This document shows, piece after piece, positions 41,904-52,264 of a stretch of 64,000 bases of DNA. Source of the DNA: an uncultured cyanobacterium (lineage in GTDB: Bacteria; Cyanobacteriota; Cyanobacteriia; Cyanobacteriales; Nostocaceae). The stretch is taken from positions 576,001 to 640,000 of the forward strand of contig CAVUDP010000004.1 of assembly GCA_963740315.1 (NCBI GenBank), given 5' to 3'. Numbering within the stretch: the stretch's first letter is position 1; each line of letters begins with the position of its first letter. The notes beneath the pieces are model-generated. The model made no database searches. It saw only the letters and a program-made list of their open reading frames with translations, and was not told the DNA's origin. Made by a program: the position numbers and the translations under genes.

Positions 41904-43622
41904 TTAAAACAAAAAATATTTTTGTGCCATCGGTACAACTGTTGCAGGTTCACAAGTCAGCAACTCACCATCCGCTCGAACTTCGTAGGTTTCTGAATCT
42001 ACTTCTATACGCGGTAAAGCATCATTTAACTTCATATCTCGCTTACTTAATTCCCGCGTTTGGGAAACTGCGATCGCCTTTTTGCTCAACCCCAATTGAT
42101 TGGGTATTTCCCTTTCCAAAGCTGCTTCGGAAACAAAGGTAAACGATGTTGCATGACGAGCATTTGCAAAACTACCAAACATCGGCTGCATATGCACTGG
42201 TTGCGGTGTGGGAATACTGGCATTAGCATCGCCCATTTGCGAATAAGCGATAAATCCACCTTTAATTACTATCTGCGGTTTGACTCCAAAAAACGCCGGA
42301 TTCCACAAACATAAATCGGCAATTTTCCCTTCTTCTACGGAGCCTACATACTGAGAAATACCATGAGTAATTGCCGGATTAATCGTATATTTAGCCACAT
42401 ATCTTTTAGCCCGAAAATTATCCGATCTCTCCCCAACCCCAGAACTAGGCGTTAATTCTCCCCGCTGCACTTTCATTTTATGTGCCGTCTGCCAAGTACG
42501 AATTATTACTTCTCCTACTCTTCCCATTGCTTGGGAATCGGAAGCAATCATACTAAATGCGCCCAAATCGTGCAAAATATCCTCAGCAGCGATGGTTTCC
42601 CTACGGATGCGCGATTCTGCAAACGCTACATCTTCGGCTATGTTGGGATCGAGATGATGGCACACCATCAACATATCTAGGTGTTCGTCTAAGGTGTTGA
42701 CAGTGTAAGGACGAGTCGGATTTGTTGAAGATGGTAATACATTCGCTTCCCCACACACTTTGATAATATCGGGTGCGTGTCCTCCCCCCGCGCCTTCGGT
42801 ATGGTAAGTGTGAATCACGCGATTTTTGAAAGCTGCGATCGTATCTTCGACAAAACCCGCTTCGTTAAGAGTGTCGGTATGAATCGCTACCTGTACGTCG
42901 TATTCATCGGCAACGCTCAAACAAGTATCAATAGCGGCGGGAGTAGTTCCCCAATCTTCGTGTAACTTCAACCCCATCGCTCCCGCTTCTACTTGTTCCC
43001 TGAGTCCTTGGGGTTGGCTGGAATTACCTTTACCCATAAATCCCAAGTTTACGGGGAAAGCATCCGCAGCTTGTAGCATTCGGTGAATATTCCAGGCTCC
43101 CGGCGTGCAAGTAGTAGCATTTGTACCCGTAGCAGGACCCGTACCGCCGCCCAACATTGTAGTGATACCGGAGGCGATCGCAACTTCAATTTGTTGCGGG
43201 CAAATAAAGTGAATGTGGCTGTCTATACCGCCCGCCGTGAGTATCATACCTTCGCCAGCGATCGCCTCAGTTCCCGGACCGATAATAATGTCTACGTTGT
43301 CCTGAATATAAGGATTTCCGGCTTTACCAATTTTAAATATCTTGCCGTCTTTGATGCCAATATCGGCTTTAACAATACCCCACCAATCGAGAATTAAAGC
43401 ATTAGTTATTACCGTATCCACCGCACCATCGGCGTTAGAAATCGGGGATTGTCCCATTCCATCGCGGATAACTTTACCACCACCAAACTTTACTTCGTCA
43501 CCGTAAGTCGTGAAATCTTGTTCGACTTCGATGAATAATTCCGTGTCAGCAAGACGGATTTTGTCACCAACTGTAGGACCAAAAGTTTCAGCATAAGCGC
43601 GACGGGACATTCGGTAAGACAT
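41904..43622 (-). CDS. ureC: Urease alpha subunit
   Basis: [37 protein letters not shown] and SDSQAMGR. Confidence 0.98.
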   Translation of the reverse strand: MSYRMSRRAYAETFGPTVGDKIRLADTELFIEVEQDFTTYGDEVKFGGGKVIRDGMGQSPISNADGAVDTVITNALILDWWGIVKADIGIKDGKIFKIGKAGNPYIQDNVDIIIGPGTEAIAGEGMILTAGGIDSHIHFICPQQIEVAIASGITTMLGGGTGPATGTNATTCTPGAWNIHRMLQAADAFPVNLGFMGKGNSSQPQGLREQVEAGAMGLKLHEDWGTTPAAIDTCLSVADEYDVQVAIHTDTLNEAGFVEDTIAAFKNRVIHTYHTEGAGGGHAPDIIKVCGEANVLPSSTNPTRPYTVNTLDEHLDMLMVCHHLDPNIAEDVAFAESRIRRETIAAEDILHDLGAFSMIASDSQAMGRVGEVIIRTWQTAHKMKVQRGELTPSSGVGERSDNFRAKRYVAKYTINPAITHGISQYVGSVEEGKIADLCLWNPAFFGVKPQIVIKGGFIAYSQMGDANASIPTPQPVHMQPMFGSFANARHATSFTFVSEAALEREIPNQLGLSKKAIAVSQTRELSKRDMKLNDALPRIEVDSETYEVRADGELLTCEPATVVPMAQKYFLF

Positions 43623-43724
43623 AGATGCACTTGATAATGGTTACTTTGAATAAGTTTATATTTTTTTGTGGCTGTGTGAAGTTTGGAGGAATAAATATTG
43701 ATTGAGGAAAAACCGAAGTTATGA

Positions 43725-44193
43725 TTTAAACGCAAAGGAACGCTAAGGTAAACGCAAAGGGGCGCAGAGTATGTATGTTCGGGATTTGAGTGGAGTAATA
43801 ATTGGTTGTGCTATGCGAGTGCATACGGCTTTAGGACCTGGTTTGTTGGAGTCTGCTTATGAAGAGTGTTTGTATTATGAGTTGAAAAAGAAAGGTTTAA
43901 ATGTTGGAAAGCAAATTCCCATACCTCTTGTCTATGAAGAAGTTGAATTAGATTGTGTTTATAGATTAGATTTAATAGTTGAAAACAAAGTAATTATTGA
44001 AGTTAAATCCGTAGAATCTCTCAAACCAATTCATGCCGTACAACTTTTAACTCACCTTAAACTAAAAAATTGTAAACTAGGACTTCTTCTCAACTTTAAC
44101 GTCCTCCACCTCAAAGAAGGAATCAAACGAGTGGCAAATAAACTCTAACTCCGCGTTCCTTTGCGTTTTCCTCAGCGCTCTTCTGCGTTTAAA
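43725..44193. mobile_element. Putative mini mobile element: GxxExxY gene between 46-bp imperfect inverted repeats
   Basis: Left IR 43725-43770 ends at the base before the ATG; right IR 44148-44193 starts in the stop codon; both terminate in TTTAAA. Confidence 0.55.
43771..44148 (+). CDS. GxxExxY family protein (PD-(D/E)XK-like)
   Basis: LGPGLLESAY, RLDLIVE..VIIEVK and GLLLNF. Confidence 0.92.
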   Translation: MYVRDLSGVIIGCAMRVHTALGPGLLESAYEECLYYELKKKGLNVGKQIPIPLVYEEVELDCVYRLDLIVENKVIIEVKSVESLKPIHAVQLLTHLKLKNCKLGLLLNFNVLHLKEGIKRVANKL

Positions 44194-44228
44194 AAATAAA
44201 TTATTTGCTCTTAACAAAATAGTAAGTT

Positions 44229-44882
44229 ATGTCAGTTTTAACAGAAGCATTTGAACGATTTGAACATTGGTTATGGCAAAATCATCCAGAGTTAGCTAAT
44301 TCTTTACCTCCAGGATTAACACTTGAAGAAATAAATGATATGGCTAAATCTTTGCCATTTTCACTTTCAAAAGAGATTAAAGAACTATATCAATGGAGAA
44401 ATGGTAGTTCTTACGGGTTTGCTACTTTATCAACCTATTGTGATGAGGTGCTTGGATTTATGTCATTAAACAAAGCAATTGAATATACCTTTAAAGGCGA
44501 ACATATTAGTGAGTGGTTAAATCTTCCATGTTTTTATATGTTCCCAGAGTATGAACGCTGGGTTCATTTTGCAGTTTGTGACGAGGAAGAAACATCGCCA
44601 ATTCTAGTTGTTACTGACGATCCATGTACCAGACTTGCTTATGCCAGCATAACCAGTATGGTCTTAACAACTGTAGAGTGTTATGAAAAAAAAATTATTA
44701 TACTTGGAGAATATGGGAGAACTGAATTTAATGATTCTTTAGCTTATGACTTATCAGATACAGAATCCGATGAGCTTGATGAATATTTGGATGCTAAAAA
44801 AGAATTTGAAAAAATTTTAAATAAAAACAATTCAATATTTAATCAAGAAGCGATTCGTCAAAAGTATAATATTGAGATTTAA
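44229..44882 (+). CDS. SMI1/KNR4 family (immunity-like) protein
   Basis: L.PGLT.EEI...LPFSLS.EIKELYQWRNG. Confidence 0.8.
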   Translation: MSVLTEAFERFEHWLWQNHPELANSLPPGLTLEEINDMAKSLPFSLSKEIKELYQWRNGSSYGFATLSTYCDEVLGFMSLNKAIEYTFKGEHISEWLNLPCFYMFPEYERWVHFAVCDEEETSPILVVTDDPCTRLAYASITSMVLTTVECYEKKIIILGEYGRTEFNDSLAYDLSDTESDELDEYLDAKKEFEKILNKNNSIFNQEAIRQKYNIEI

Positions 44883-44918
44883 TAAATTAGTTATATAGCT
44901 GTTTAACAGTGAAGCAAT

Positions 44919-45596
44919 ATGAATGAAAACTTAACTCAAATTCGCAATGATTTTGATTGCATTGCTTTGAACGAACAAGAGGGATGGAATCACAATAGTC
45001 ATTATCACAATTTTTTACTCAAACAGTTACCGTCTCAATGCAAAACTGTCCTTGATATTGGTTGTGGAACAGGTGAATTTTCACGTCTTCTCGCGAAACG
45101 TGCTGACAAGATTATTGCGATCGACTTATCTCCAAATATGATTGAAGTTGCCAAGGAAAATTCAAAACAGTACACAAATATTGATTTTCAAGTTGCTGAT
45201 GTTTTACGGTGGGAATTTCCACGAGAGCAATTTGATGCAATTGTTTCTATCGCAACAGTTCATCATTTACCAGTAAAACAGTTGCTACCAAATCTAAAAG
45301 CTGCTTTAAAACCTGGTGGTAAGTTAGTGATTTTGGATTTGTTAGAACATAAGAATTTACAAGATATGTTGAGCGATTTTATTGCTGTTCCTTTAAATTG
45401 GTTGTTTCAAACTATAAAAAATAGACATATTCAAATATCACCAGAAGCAGCAGAAGCGATGAGAGAGCATCTTCGTACAGACAATTACCTTACCTTATCG
45501 CAAGCAAGACAAATTTATAAAAGTTCCTTGAGAAAAGCAAAGGTTAGAAAGCACTTATTTTGGCGTTATTCAGTGGTTTGGGATAAGGTGGTGTAG
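44919..45596 (+). CDS. Class I SAM-dependent methyltransferase
   Basis: VLDIGCGTG, IDLSPNMI and LKPGG. Confidence 0.9.
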   Translation: MNENLTQIRNDFDCIALNEQEGWNHNSHYHNFLLKQLPSQCKTVLDIGCGTGEFSRLLAKRADKIIAIDLSPNMIEVAKENSKQYTNIDFQVADVLRWEFPREQFDAIVSIATVHHLPVKQLLPNLKAALKPGGKLVILDLLEHKNLQDMLSDFIAVPLNWLFQTIKNRHIQISPEAAEAMREHLRTDNYLTLSQARQIYKSSLRKAKVRKHLFWRYSVVWDKVV

Positions 45597-45611
45597 ATAT
45601 CATTACGAGTT

Positions 45612-46475
45612 TTATATGTTATTTCGCAGAACTTTAAATGGCTCATTATTGTTTTCCCATATGCGAATTTCCGAGTAAAGTTGTGTTTGATGAAAGTGAA
45701 CTTCTTCGTAAGCAAGCCGCAAATTACGCTCAAGACTATTAGGTTCAATCTCAACTGCTTTATTAGAGCCAATTGCCTTGCGTAAACTAATAGATAGGAT
45801 TTCTACTAAGTGATGACCGCAACAAACTTGCCAGGGGTCATGATTACTGCTTTTATAACTAGCTAACTTTTGTTGTAAATCTGTGTCTTTCAATGAACAG
45901 GTTTGGGATTTACTGTTAACTTCTCGAATCATTTTGAGTTCATCAATTTCCAAAGTTTGCTCATCAACAAACCTACTGAATTTAATACCATTAAAGGTCA
46001 GATTTAATCCATCACGCTGAGATATCCAAAGCAAATAACCTACCGACATCCCAGTTTTGAGTAATGTTTGCCTTATATCTTGATTAAACTTTGTAATTTT
46101 TTCTTCAGAACCAAATTCAGCAACTACTTTTTCAAGAGCAGATGATTTGATTAACATAGTTTCAAGATCGTGGGTATCAGTGCAGAGCAGATTTGGACTA
46201 CTTTGCACTGAATCAAGACGGTCAAAATCTGCATCGACGATTGCCAAAACTCCTTGAAAATCTGACTCATCTAGCTTTTTCAGTACAGCAATTACACGTA
46301 GTTTACTAGATGGTTTTCCTGAAATAATCACTAATTCACAAGCCAATTTCTCAATAAACCGCTCGTAGAAAATCTTGTCGGAGCTACCTTCTACCAATAA
46401 AAAGGTTCCTGAAAAAGTAGTTCGTAGTAATTTAATTTTATTTGCATCACGGTCAACTGTAAGAAACTCTCTCAC
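45612..46475 (-). CDS. DUF4435 TOPRIM-like nuclease (AriB-like)
   Basis: LVEGSSD and IVDADFD TOPRIM motifs, HDLETML and CCGH; GTGA overlap with the ATPase. Confidence 0.8.
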   Translation of the reverse strand: MREFLTVDRDANKIKLLRTTFSGTFLLVEGSSDKIFYERFIEKLACELVIISGKPSSKLRVIAVLKKLDESDFQGVLAIVDADFDRLDSVQSSPNLLCTDTHDLETMLIKSSALEKVVAEFGSEEKITKFNQDIRQTLLKTGMSVGYLLWISQRDGLNLTFNGIKFSRFVDEQTLEIDELKMIREVNSKSQTCSLKDTDLQQKLASYKSSNHDPWQVCCGHHLVEILSISLRKAIGSNKAVEIEPNSLERNLRLAYEEVHFHQTQLYSEIRIWENNNEPFKVLRNNI

Positions 46476-47836
46476 TTATCTGGTCCCTTCAATTCAACCG
46501 TTAAATCCCAGCGGTCTTGAATGATATCTGGTGAATGTGTAGCCATCAGAAAATCTAAATCCGCAAGTTCTGTAATTTCTTGCAAGTCCTTTAAGAACTG
46601 AATTTGCCATCCGACATGAAGAGATAATTCTGGTTCATCAATTAAGACTAAGGAGTTAGGTTCAACTTTAAATAGTAATTCATAGAGAAGAACTAACTCA
46701 TGTTGTTCTCCAGATGACAAATCTGTTGGCGACAAATATTTTTTTTCATCAGATAATAAATCAGGATTATAACATTTTGTGAAAAGGAACCCTTTCTCCT
46801 TACTAAAATTCATTTTTTTATAAGAATACTCAAATTTTTTATTAATAATTCGACTTAATAAATTTATTTTGCTTGCTATTTCGTCAAAAACGCTTAGTTT
46901 CTTTTCTACATCCTCTACATATACAGACAAAATATTTTTAGTGCTGTCATCTATAGTTTGAGTTTGAATTTGGAAGTCTGAACCTTCATCTTTATTTAGT
47001 AAACCTACTTCTATAAGACGAGAACGAGTTTTTTCAAGTTCGTTTAATTGATCACGAAGCTTTTCATCTGTAATATCGGGTGATGGCTGCTGTTTAACTA
47101 CTCTTACTGGGAAAGTTCTATCAAGAGATTGAGAAATTGAACCATATTCTGCAAATCTATCTTGCATAAGTTTTGCGAGTTCATCAGAATAAGCAGATAC
47201 TGTAGATACTGTAGAAGGTGTATCGTTTAAACGGATAGAACGTCTGGGAAAAATGTTTAGCAAACGTTGTGATTCTATAAGACGAACCTTAATATCACTC
47301 TTAAGATTTTCTAACCATTCAGGTTCTTCTAATGGCTTAATGATTCCTGAAGGTAAAACGTCTTCAAAACGTTCTATAACCTCTCCTAATGAAAGAATTT
47401 CTTTGCTAGGAAAGTATCGCCACCTTCGAGAACCTACTTGTTCTAGGTCAGGTATTATATCTTCTAGGATATGACTTGGAAACTCTATATCACGAGAAAA
47501 TTTTCTTTTCTTTTGCTCGTAATAAACAACCTCTGAACCGGATTGTTTAAATTTGAAGTTTAAACCATTATTTCTGTTTGACTTCTCCTTATTCTCAACA
47601 CTTTTTGTAATTTCTAAGCTGCTGTCATTATCAAATTGAACTTTAAAATTACTAAACGGGATAGAATAAAAAACTGAGTATTGGGAGTTTACAAATCCAT
47701 TTAGCATCCTTAATATTATTGTTTTTCCAAAACCATTAGGACCATGAATGATAGTGATTCGTTCATCCATGTTCAATGGAATTATATGGTCAAAAATTCC
47801 AAATAAGCCGGAGACGGAAATTTCCTTAATTCGCAT
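46472..47836 (-). CDS. ABC-type AAA ATPase (AriA-like)
   Basis: GPNGFGKT, LSSGEQ, LIDEPELSLH and ATHS, with a helical insertion between Walker A and the signature. Confidence 0.88.
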   Translation of the reverse strand: MRIKEISVSGLFGIFDHIIPLNMDERITIIHGPNGFGKTIILRMLNGFVNSQYSVFYSIPFSNFKVQFDNDSSLEITKSVENKEKSNRNNGLNFKFKQSGSEVVYYEQKKRKFSRDIEFPSHILEDIIPDLEQVGSRRWRYFPSKEILSLGEVIERFEDVLPSGIIKPLEEPEWLENLKSDIKVRLIESQRLLNIFPRRSIRLNDTPSTVSTVSAYSDELAKLMQDRFAEYGSISQSLDRTFPVRVVKQQPSPDITDEKLRDQLNELEKTRSRLIEVGLLNKDEGSDFQIQTQTIDDSTKNILSVYVEDVEKKLSVFDEIASKINLLSRIINKKFEYSYKKMNFSKEKGFLFTKCYNPDLLSDEKKYLSPTDLSSGEQHELVLLYELLFKVEPNSLVLIDEPELSLHVGWQIQFLKDLQEITELADLDFLMATHSPDIIQDRWDLTVELKGPDK

Positions 47837-48019
47837 AGTCTTAGAGTCCCGTAGCCATAGTCTTTACCAGTTGATTGTAACTACTATAGTAAAGTTGTTT
47901 TTTATTGTAAGTAGGGTTTTGTACAACAATGCTCAAAATCACATATTTCAATATTATGATTAATGTGTCTATTGAATTAATGTAAAAATTAGTTTGACAG
48001 TCTTATAAGCAACCCCAGA

Positions 48020-48583
48020 ATGGTACAATTAACATCGAAAAATATAACATTAGCGGAGTTTCTGCAATTACCAGAAACCAAACCTGCCAATGAATACATT
48101 GATGGAAAAATTATCCCTAAACCCATACCTCAAGGGAAACACAGCACGATTCAAGGCGAACTCGTACCTACTATAAATACTGTAGTAAAGCCTAAACGTA
48201 TTGCTCGTGCTTTCCCTGAGTTGCGCTGCACGTTTGGCGATCGCTCAACTGTACCCGATATTGCCGTTTTTGTTTGGAATCGGATTAAGAGCGATGAAAA
48301 TGGGGAAGTTGCAAATGCATTCTTAATTGCACCAGATTGGACAATTGAAATTTTATCACCCGACCAAAGCCAGACAAAAGTAATAAAAAATATTCTTCAT
48401 TGTCTCAAGCATGGAACTCAAGTGGGTTGGTTGATAGATCCACTAGAGCAAACCGTGTTTATTTTTCGTCCTAAGCAAGAAACTGAAGTGTTTGATCAAC
48501 TAGATGCGCTTCTTCCCGTACCCAGTTTTGCAAGTGAGTTGCAGCTTACAGTGGGAGATTTGTTTGCTTGGTTATTGGAGTGA
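48020..48583 (+). CDS. Uma2 family endonuclease
   Basis: EYIDG.I..KP, PELRCTF, VPDIAV and PDWTIEILSP. Confidence 0.9.
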   Translation: MVQLTSKNITLAEFLQLPETKPANEYIDGKIIPKPIPQGKHSTIQGELVPTINTVVKPKRIARAFPELRCTFGDRSTVPDIAVFVWNRIKSDENGEVANAFLIAPDWTIEILSPDQSQTKVIKNILHCLKHGTQVGWLIDPLEQTVFIFRPKQETEVFDQLDALLPVPSFASELQLTVGDLFAWLLE

Positions 48584-48585
48584 AA

Positions 48586-48813
48586 ATGAATCGATACAGT
48601 ATGATTATTCAATGGTCGGATGAAGACCAGCTTTTTTTAGTCACCATCCCAGAATTTAGCGATCGCGTTCTCATGCCTTGTACTCATGGCAAAACTCGTG
48701 AAGAAGCGATTCGTAGCGGTGAGGAAGTAATTGAAATGTATTTAGAAGCTTGGCAAACTGAAGGTGAATCCATTCCGGAACCTAGTACGCTTCAAATTGC
48801 TCGATCGAGATAG
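48586..48813 (+). CDS. HicB family antitoxin (no adjacent HicA)
   Basis: YSMIIQWSDED..F.VTIPE...THGKTREEAI...GESIPEP. Confidence 0.85.
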   Translation: MNRYSMIIQWSDEDQLFLVTIPEFSDRVLMPCTHGKTREEAIRSGEEVIEMYLEAWQTEGESIPEPSTLQIARSR

Positions 48814-48826
48814 ATCGTTTCCGCGT

Positions 48827-49693
48827 TTACCTCAGTATTACTTTGCGTTTGGGAATTACACCTCGTATCCCACCTCTAGCACCTTCAACATCACCTTTAT
48901 AACGAGGAATTACGTGAATTCCGGCGTGCATGACATTTTGTCCTGCGTCTCGATTAATATTCATTCCTACGTTAAAACCGTCTGGTGCAAATTCTTTACC
49001 GATGATTTCTTGCACTTTGTTAGCCATCAACCAGCAAGCAGTTTGTTCTTTAAATGGTAGTTCAAAATAGTTGCTGACGTGACGTTTGGGAATAATTAAG
49101 GTATGTCCTTTACTCAATGGATAACCGTCGAGCATGGCGTATGCTGTTGCTGATTCGGTTAGTAATGTCAGGCTTTGACGAGGATTGCAGAATATGCAGC
49201 GATCGGATGAATGTTTGTGGTGATTATAATGAATATATTCGTATATTTCGCAGTTTTCGTTTAAGAAGATGGAATTAAAGGGCAGTTTAACCATACATTG
49301 ATATGTAGGTTTTTTATGGACGTAATGCTCTCTAAATCCTTCTCTTTTAATATCTCTTCTGACAGCGAAGTAAGCTTTACCTCCTGGCTTTAATAAATGC
49401 GATATTTCCATTAAAACGTCAGCTTGGTTTTCTGGAAATAAAACGTTTAAAACATAAAAACAAATTATTGTATCGAATTTATTTTGTGGATATTGGGGGA
49501 AATAATGAGGATCGTAACCTGTAATATCAAATCCTTTTTTTTGCAATACTTTAACATCATTACCGAAGCCACAACCAAAGTCTAAAATTTTGCCTTGCAG
49601 TAGTTTTTGGTTTGATAAAAGTTTTGCAGGATATGATAAATTCGTCCTTTCTATTGCAGTAAGGTGAGTAAATTTATTTTGTTGCTTTTGCAT
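48827..49693 (-). CDS. Methyltransferase-HIT domain fusion
   Basis: N-terminal ILDFGCGFG; C-terminal CIFC, GHTLIIPKRH and GFNVG..AGQ.VMHAGIHVIPR. Confidence 0.85.
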   Translation of the reverse strand: MQKQQNKFTHLTAIERTNLSYPAKLLSNQKLLQGKILDFGCGFGNDVKVLQKKGFDITGYDPHYFPQYPQNKFDTIICFYVLNVLFPENQADVLMEISHLLKPGGKAYFAVRRDIKREGFREHYVHKKPTYQCMVKLPFNSIFLNENCEIYEYIHYNHHKHSSDRCIFCNPRQSLTLLTESATAYAMLDGYPLSKGHTLIIPKRHVSNYFELPFKEQTACWLMANKVQEIIGKEFAPDGFNVGMNINRDAGQNVMHAGIHVIPRYKGDVEGARGGIRGVIPKRKVILR

Positions 49694-49949
49694 TTAAATA
49701 TTAATTAGATATAACGAAATCAATCGATGTTTCTTTAAACTTCGATTAAGGTATCAAGTATTTAGTAATTTAAAATATAGCTTAGTAAAGTGCTTTAAAT
49801 GTTCAGTACATTTTCGGTTATTAGTCTATATGGGAATATTTAGTTTTTTAGCACTGATGCGATGCTCAACTACAATTAAACTTTTAAGTAGCGATCGCTC
49901 ACCCTACCTATAAAAAAGTGCGATCGCTATTACAACTTCTACGATCCAA

Positions 49950-50034
<85 letters not shown>

Positions 50035-50119
50035 AAGTAAGCTGTCAGCGATTACTCTTGAGCAAGGGCGCTTAGATAATTGCTGACCAATTACAGATTA
50101 TACTATAGTTCTACGCTAG

Positions 50120-51040
50120 TTACACTGTTGAAGTGGATTTTTGATAAAGAATCTCCTCAGATTTAATCGTGAAGTCGTTACCAATCCATACGAGTGAAGC
50201 TTTAGTGACTTTTCCGTCTTCGAGTTCCACAATTGAGAAATTACGCAGTTTGTCTTGAGGTTTTTCGATAATTCGAGGTACGCTAGCTGCATTTAAATAA
50301 ATAATTCCTTCTGGACTTCTAAAAATACGCTTTCGCAATACTTTTGTATGTCGCAGAGTATGGTGCATATGTCCGAATGTCACCAAAGGAATATTTTTAC
50401 CAGTGGTGATACTTTGAGAAATCGCTTCTGCAAAATCTGGGTCGCCGTAATCGCCGCCGATTGGATGCCAATCTTTGCCGCAAGGATCTTCGGGGTTGTC
50501 TCCTAATCCCGAAGGACCGTTATGACCGAGAAAAATTATTGTTTCATGAGCAGCAGACTTTACTGCTTCCATAATCCGGCTAGTAGATTCTTCAAGAGTT
50601 GCAACCCCAAATCTTTCTTTACACAAATCCGCGAATTTCCATTTCGGACCACCCCAGGTAAAAGGACGACCTCCTACCACGGTTAAGTTAAATTCGGGGA
50701 AATCCAGCTTGCCGAAACCAACATGAGTATCGCCCAAAAAATCGAGTTGTTGCTGCACCCAATCTTCTTTGGCGCGATCGTAGGGGCACTTTTTACGTCC
50801 CCATTCGGTGGCAGTGAACCATGCATCGTGATTCCCCATCACCACTGCTTTGGGGATATCGAGGTCAGCTATTTTCCTGACAACTTCCACCGATTCATTA
50901 CCAAAATCCCCCACGAACAGCACTAAATCAACGTTGAGGCGCGAAATGGCGATACCATCTTCGTTTTCCCACTGGTCGTGAACATCTCCTACTACAGCAA
51001 TTTTTAAGGTTTTCGAGTTTGTTATCTGACTGCTTGTCAT
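50120..51040 (-). CDS. Metallophosphoesterase (TIGR04168-like)
   Basis: GDVH, VGDFG, GNHD, GHNGP and FGHMH; start probably ATG 51040. Confidence 0.85.
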   Translation of the reverse strand: MTSSQITNSKTLKIAVVGDVHDQWENEDGIAISRLNVDLVLFVGDFGNESVEVVRKIADLDIPKAVVMGNHDAWFTATEWGRKKCPYDRAKEDWVQQQLDFLGDTHVGFGKLDFPEFNLTVVGGRPFTWGGPKWKFADLCKERFGVATLEESTSRIMEAVKSAAHETIIFLGHNGPSGLGDNPEDPCGKDWHPIGGDYGDPDFAEAISQSITTGKNIPLVTFGHMHHTLRHTKVLRKRIFRSPEGIIYLNAASVPRIIEKPQDKLRNFSIVELEDGKVTKASLVWIGNDFTIKSEEILYQKSTSTV

Positions 51041-51128
51041 GCCACTTTCCTTTCCATATGTCTCCAGGATAGGAAACTCAAGCCGATTTTGGCACAAATT
51101 TCCAGAAGTAGTATTATCACCTTATTAC

Positions 51129-51149
51129 TTTTGGTAAAAAGTACTATAA
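51129..51149. promoter_or_regulatory. Candidate NrtR operator upstream of nadA
   Basis: TTTTGGTAAAAAGTACTATAA, a 21-bp imperfect palindrome with a GT-N7-AC core, upstream of an NAD biosynthesis gene. Confidence 0.55.
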
Positions 51150-51292
51150 TTACTTCAAGATTAAAAGTTACATCTTGTAAATAGGTATAAATTCATTGCC
51201 AAACCCTCTAACTCTAAAACCGAGGAGAGGTGAGGTAAGCTTTTGTACGATGCAAGATTTTCGATTAAAAAAAACATTAAGCAAAGCCTACT

Positions 51293-52264
51293 GTGTTTAC
51301 TACCGCACTGCGAAGACTCGAAACCCAACCGGATGCATTACCGCGAGATTTATTTACAGCTATTAAGAATCTTAAGAAAGAGCTTAATGCTGTTATCTTG
51401 GCGCATTACTATCAAGAACCAGATATTCAAGATATTGCAGACTTTATCGGCGACTCGTTGCAACTTTCTAGGGCAGCTGCCGATACAAATGCAGATGTTA
51501 TTGTCTTTGCTGGCGTTCACTTCATGGCAGAAACGGCAAAGATTCTCAATCCTGAAAAGTTAGTTTTGTTACCCGATTTGGATGCTGGTTGTTCTTTAGC
51601 AGATAGTTGTCCCCCGAATGAATTTGCAGCATTTAAAGCAGCACATCCAGACCATTTGGTGATTTCTTACATCAACTGCACTGCGGAAATTAAAGCGATG
51701 AGCGATATTATCTGCACCAGTTCCAACGCGGTCAAAATTGTGCGGCAGATACCTCAAGAACAGCCAATTATTTTTGCTCCAGACCGTAATTTAGGGCGCT
51801 ATGTAATGGAGCAAACTGGGCGCGATTTATTATTGTGGCAGGGTAGCTGTATTGTCCATGAAACCTTCTCGGAAAAGAAGATTGTGCAGTTAAAAATTGC
51901 ACATCCTTTATCTGAGGTAATTGCTCACCCCGAATGCGAAACAACTGTATTGCGACACGCTGACTTTATTGGTTCGACAGCGGCTTTATTAAAATATTGT
52001 CAGCAAAGTTCGAGTGATGAATTTATCGTCGCTACCGAACCCGGAATCATTCACCAAATGCAAAAACAAGCGCCGCAAAAACAGTTTATTCCCGCACCAC
52101 CAACCAATAACTGTAATTGCAATGAGTGTCCGTTTATGAGGTTGAATACTTTAGAAAAGCTGTATTTAGCCATGAAGAATCGCCAGCCGGAAATTACCAT
52201 GAGTGAAGAAACGAGGGTTAAAGCTTTGCGTCCAATGCAGCGGATGTTAGAGATGAGTGTTTAG
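51293..52264 (+). CDS. nadA: Quinolinate synthase
   Basis: [36 protein letters not shown] and CPFMRLN. Confidence 0.96.
   Translation: MFTTALRRLETQPDALPRDLFTAIKNLKKELNAVILAHYYQEPDIQDIADFIGDSLQLSRAAADTNADVIVFAGVHFMAETAKILNPEKLVLLPDLDAGCSLADSCPPNEFAAFKAAHPDHLVISYINCTAEIKAMSDIICTSSNAVKIVRQIPQEQPIIFAPDRNLGRYVMEQTGRDLLLWQGSCIVHETFSEKKIVQLKIAHPLSEVIAHPECETTVLRHADFIGSTAALLKYCQQSSSDEFIVATEPGIIHQMQKQAPQKQFIPAPPTNNCNCNECPFMRLNTLEKLYLAMKNRQPEITMSEETRVKALRPMQRMLEMSV

Noticed and set aside
41924..43735. Short overlapping ORFs within and next to ureC (and similar ones inside clpX, tig, asd, P450 and the ALDH gene)
   Set aside because: They are antisense or out-of-frame shadows of well-supported genes, with no motifs.
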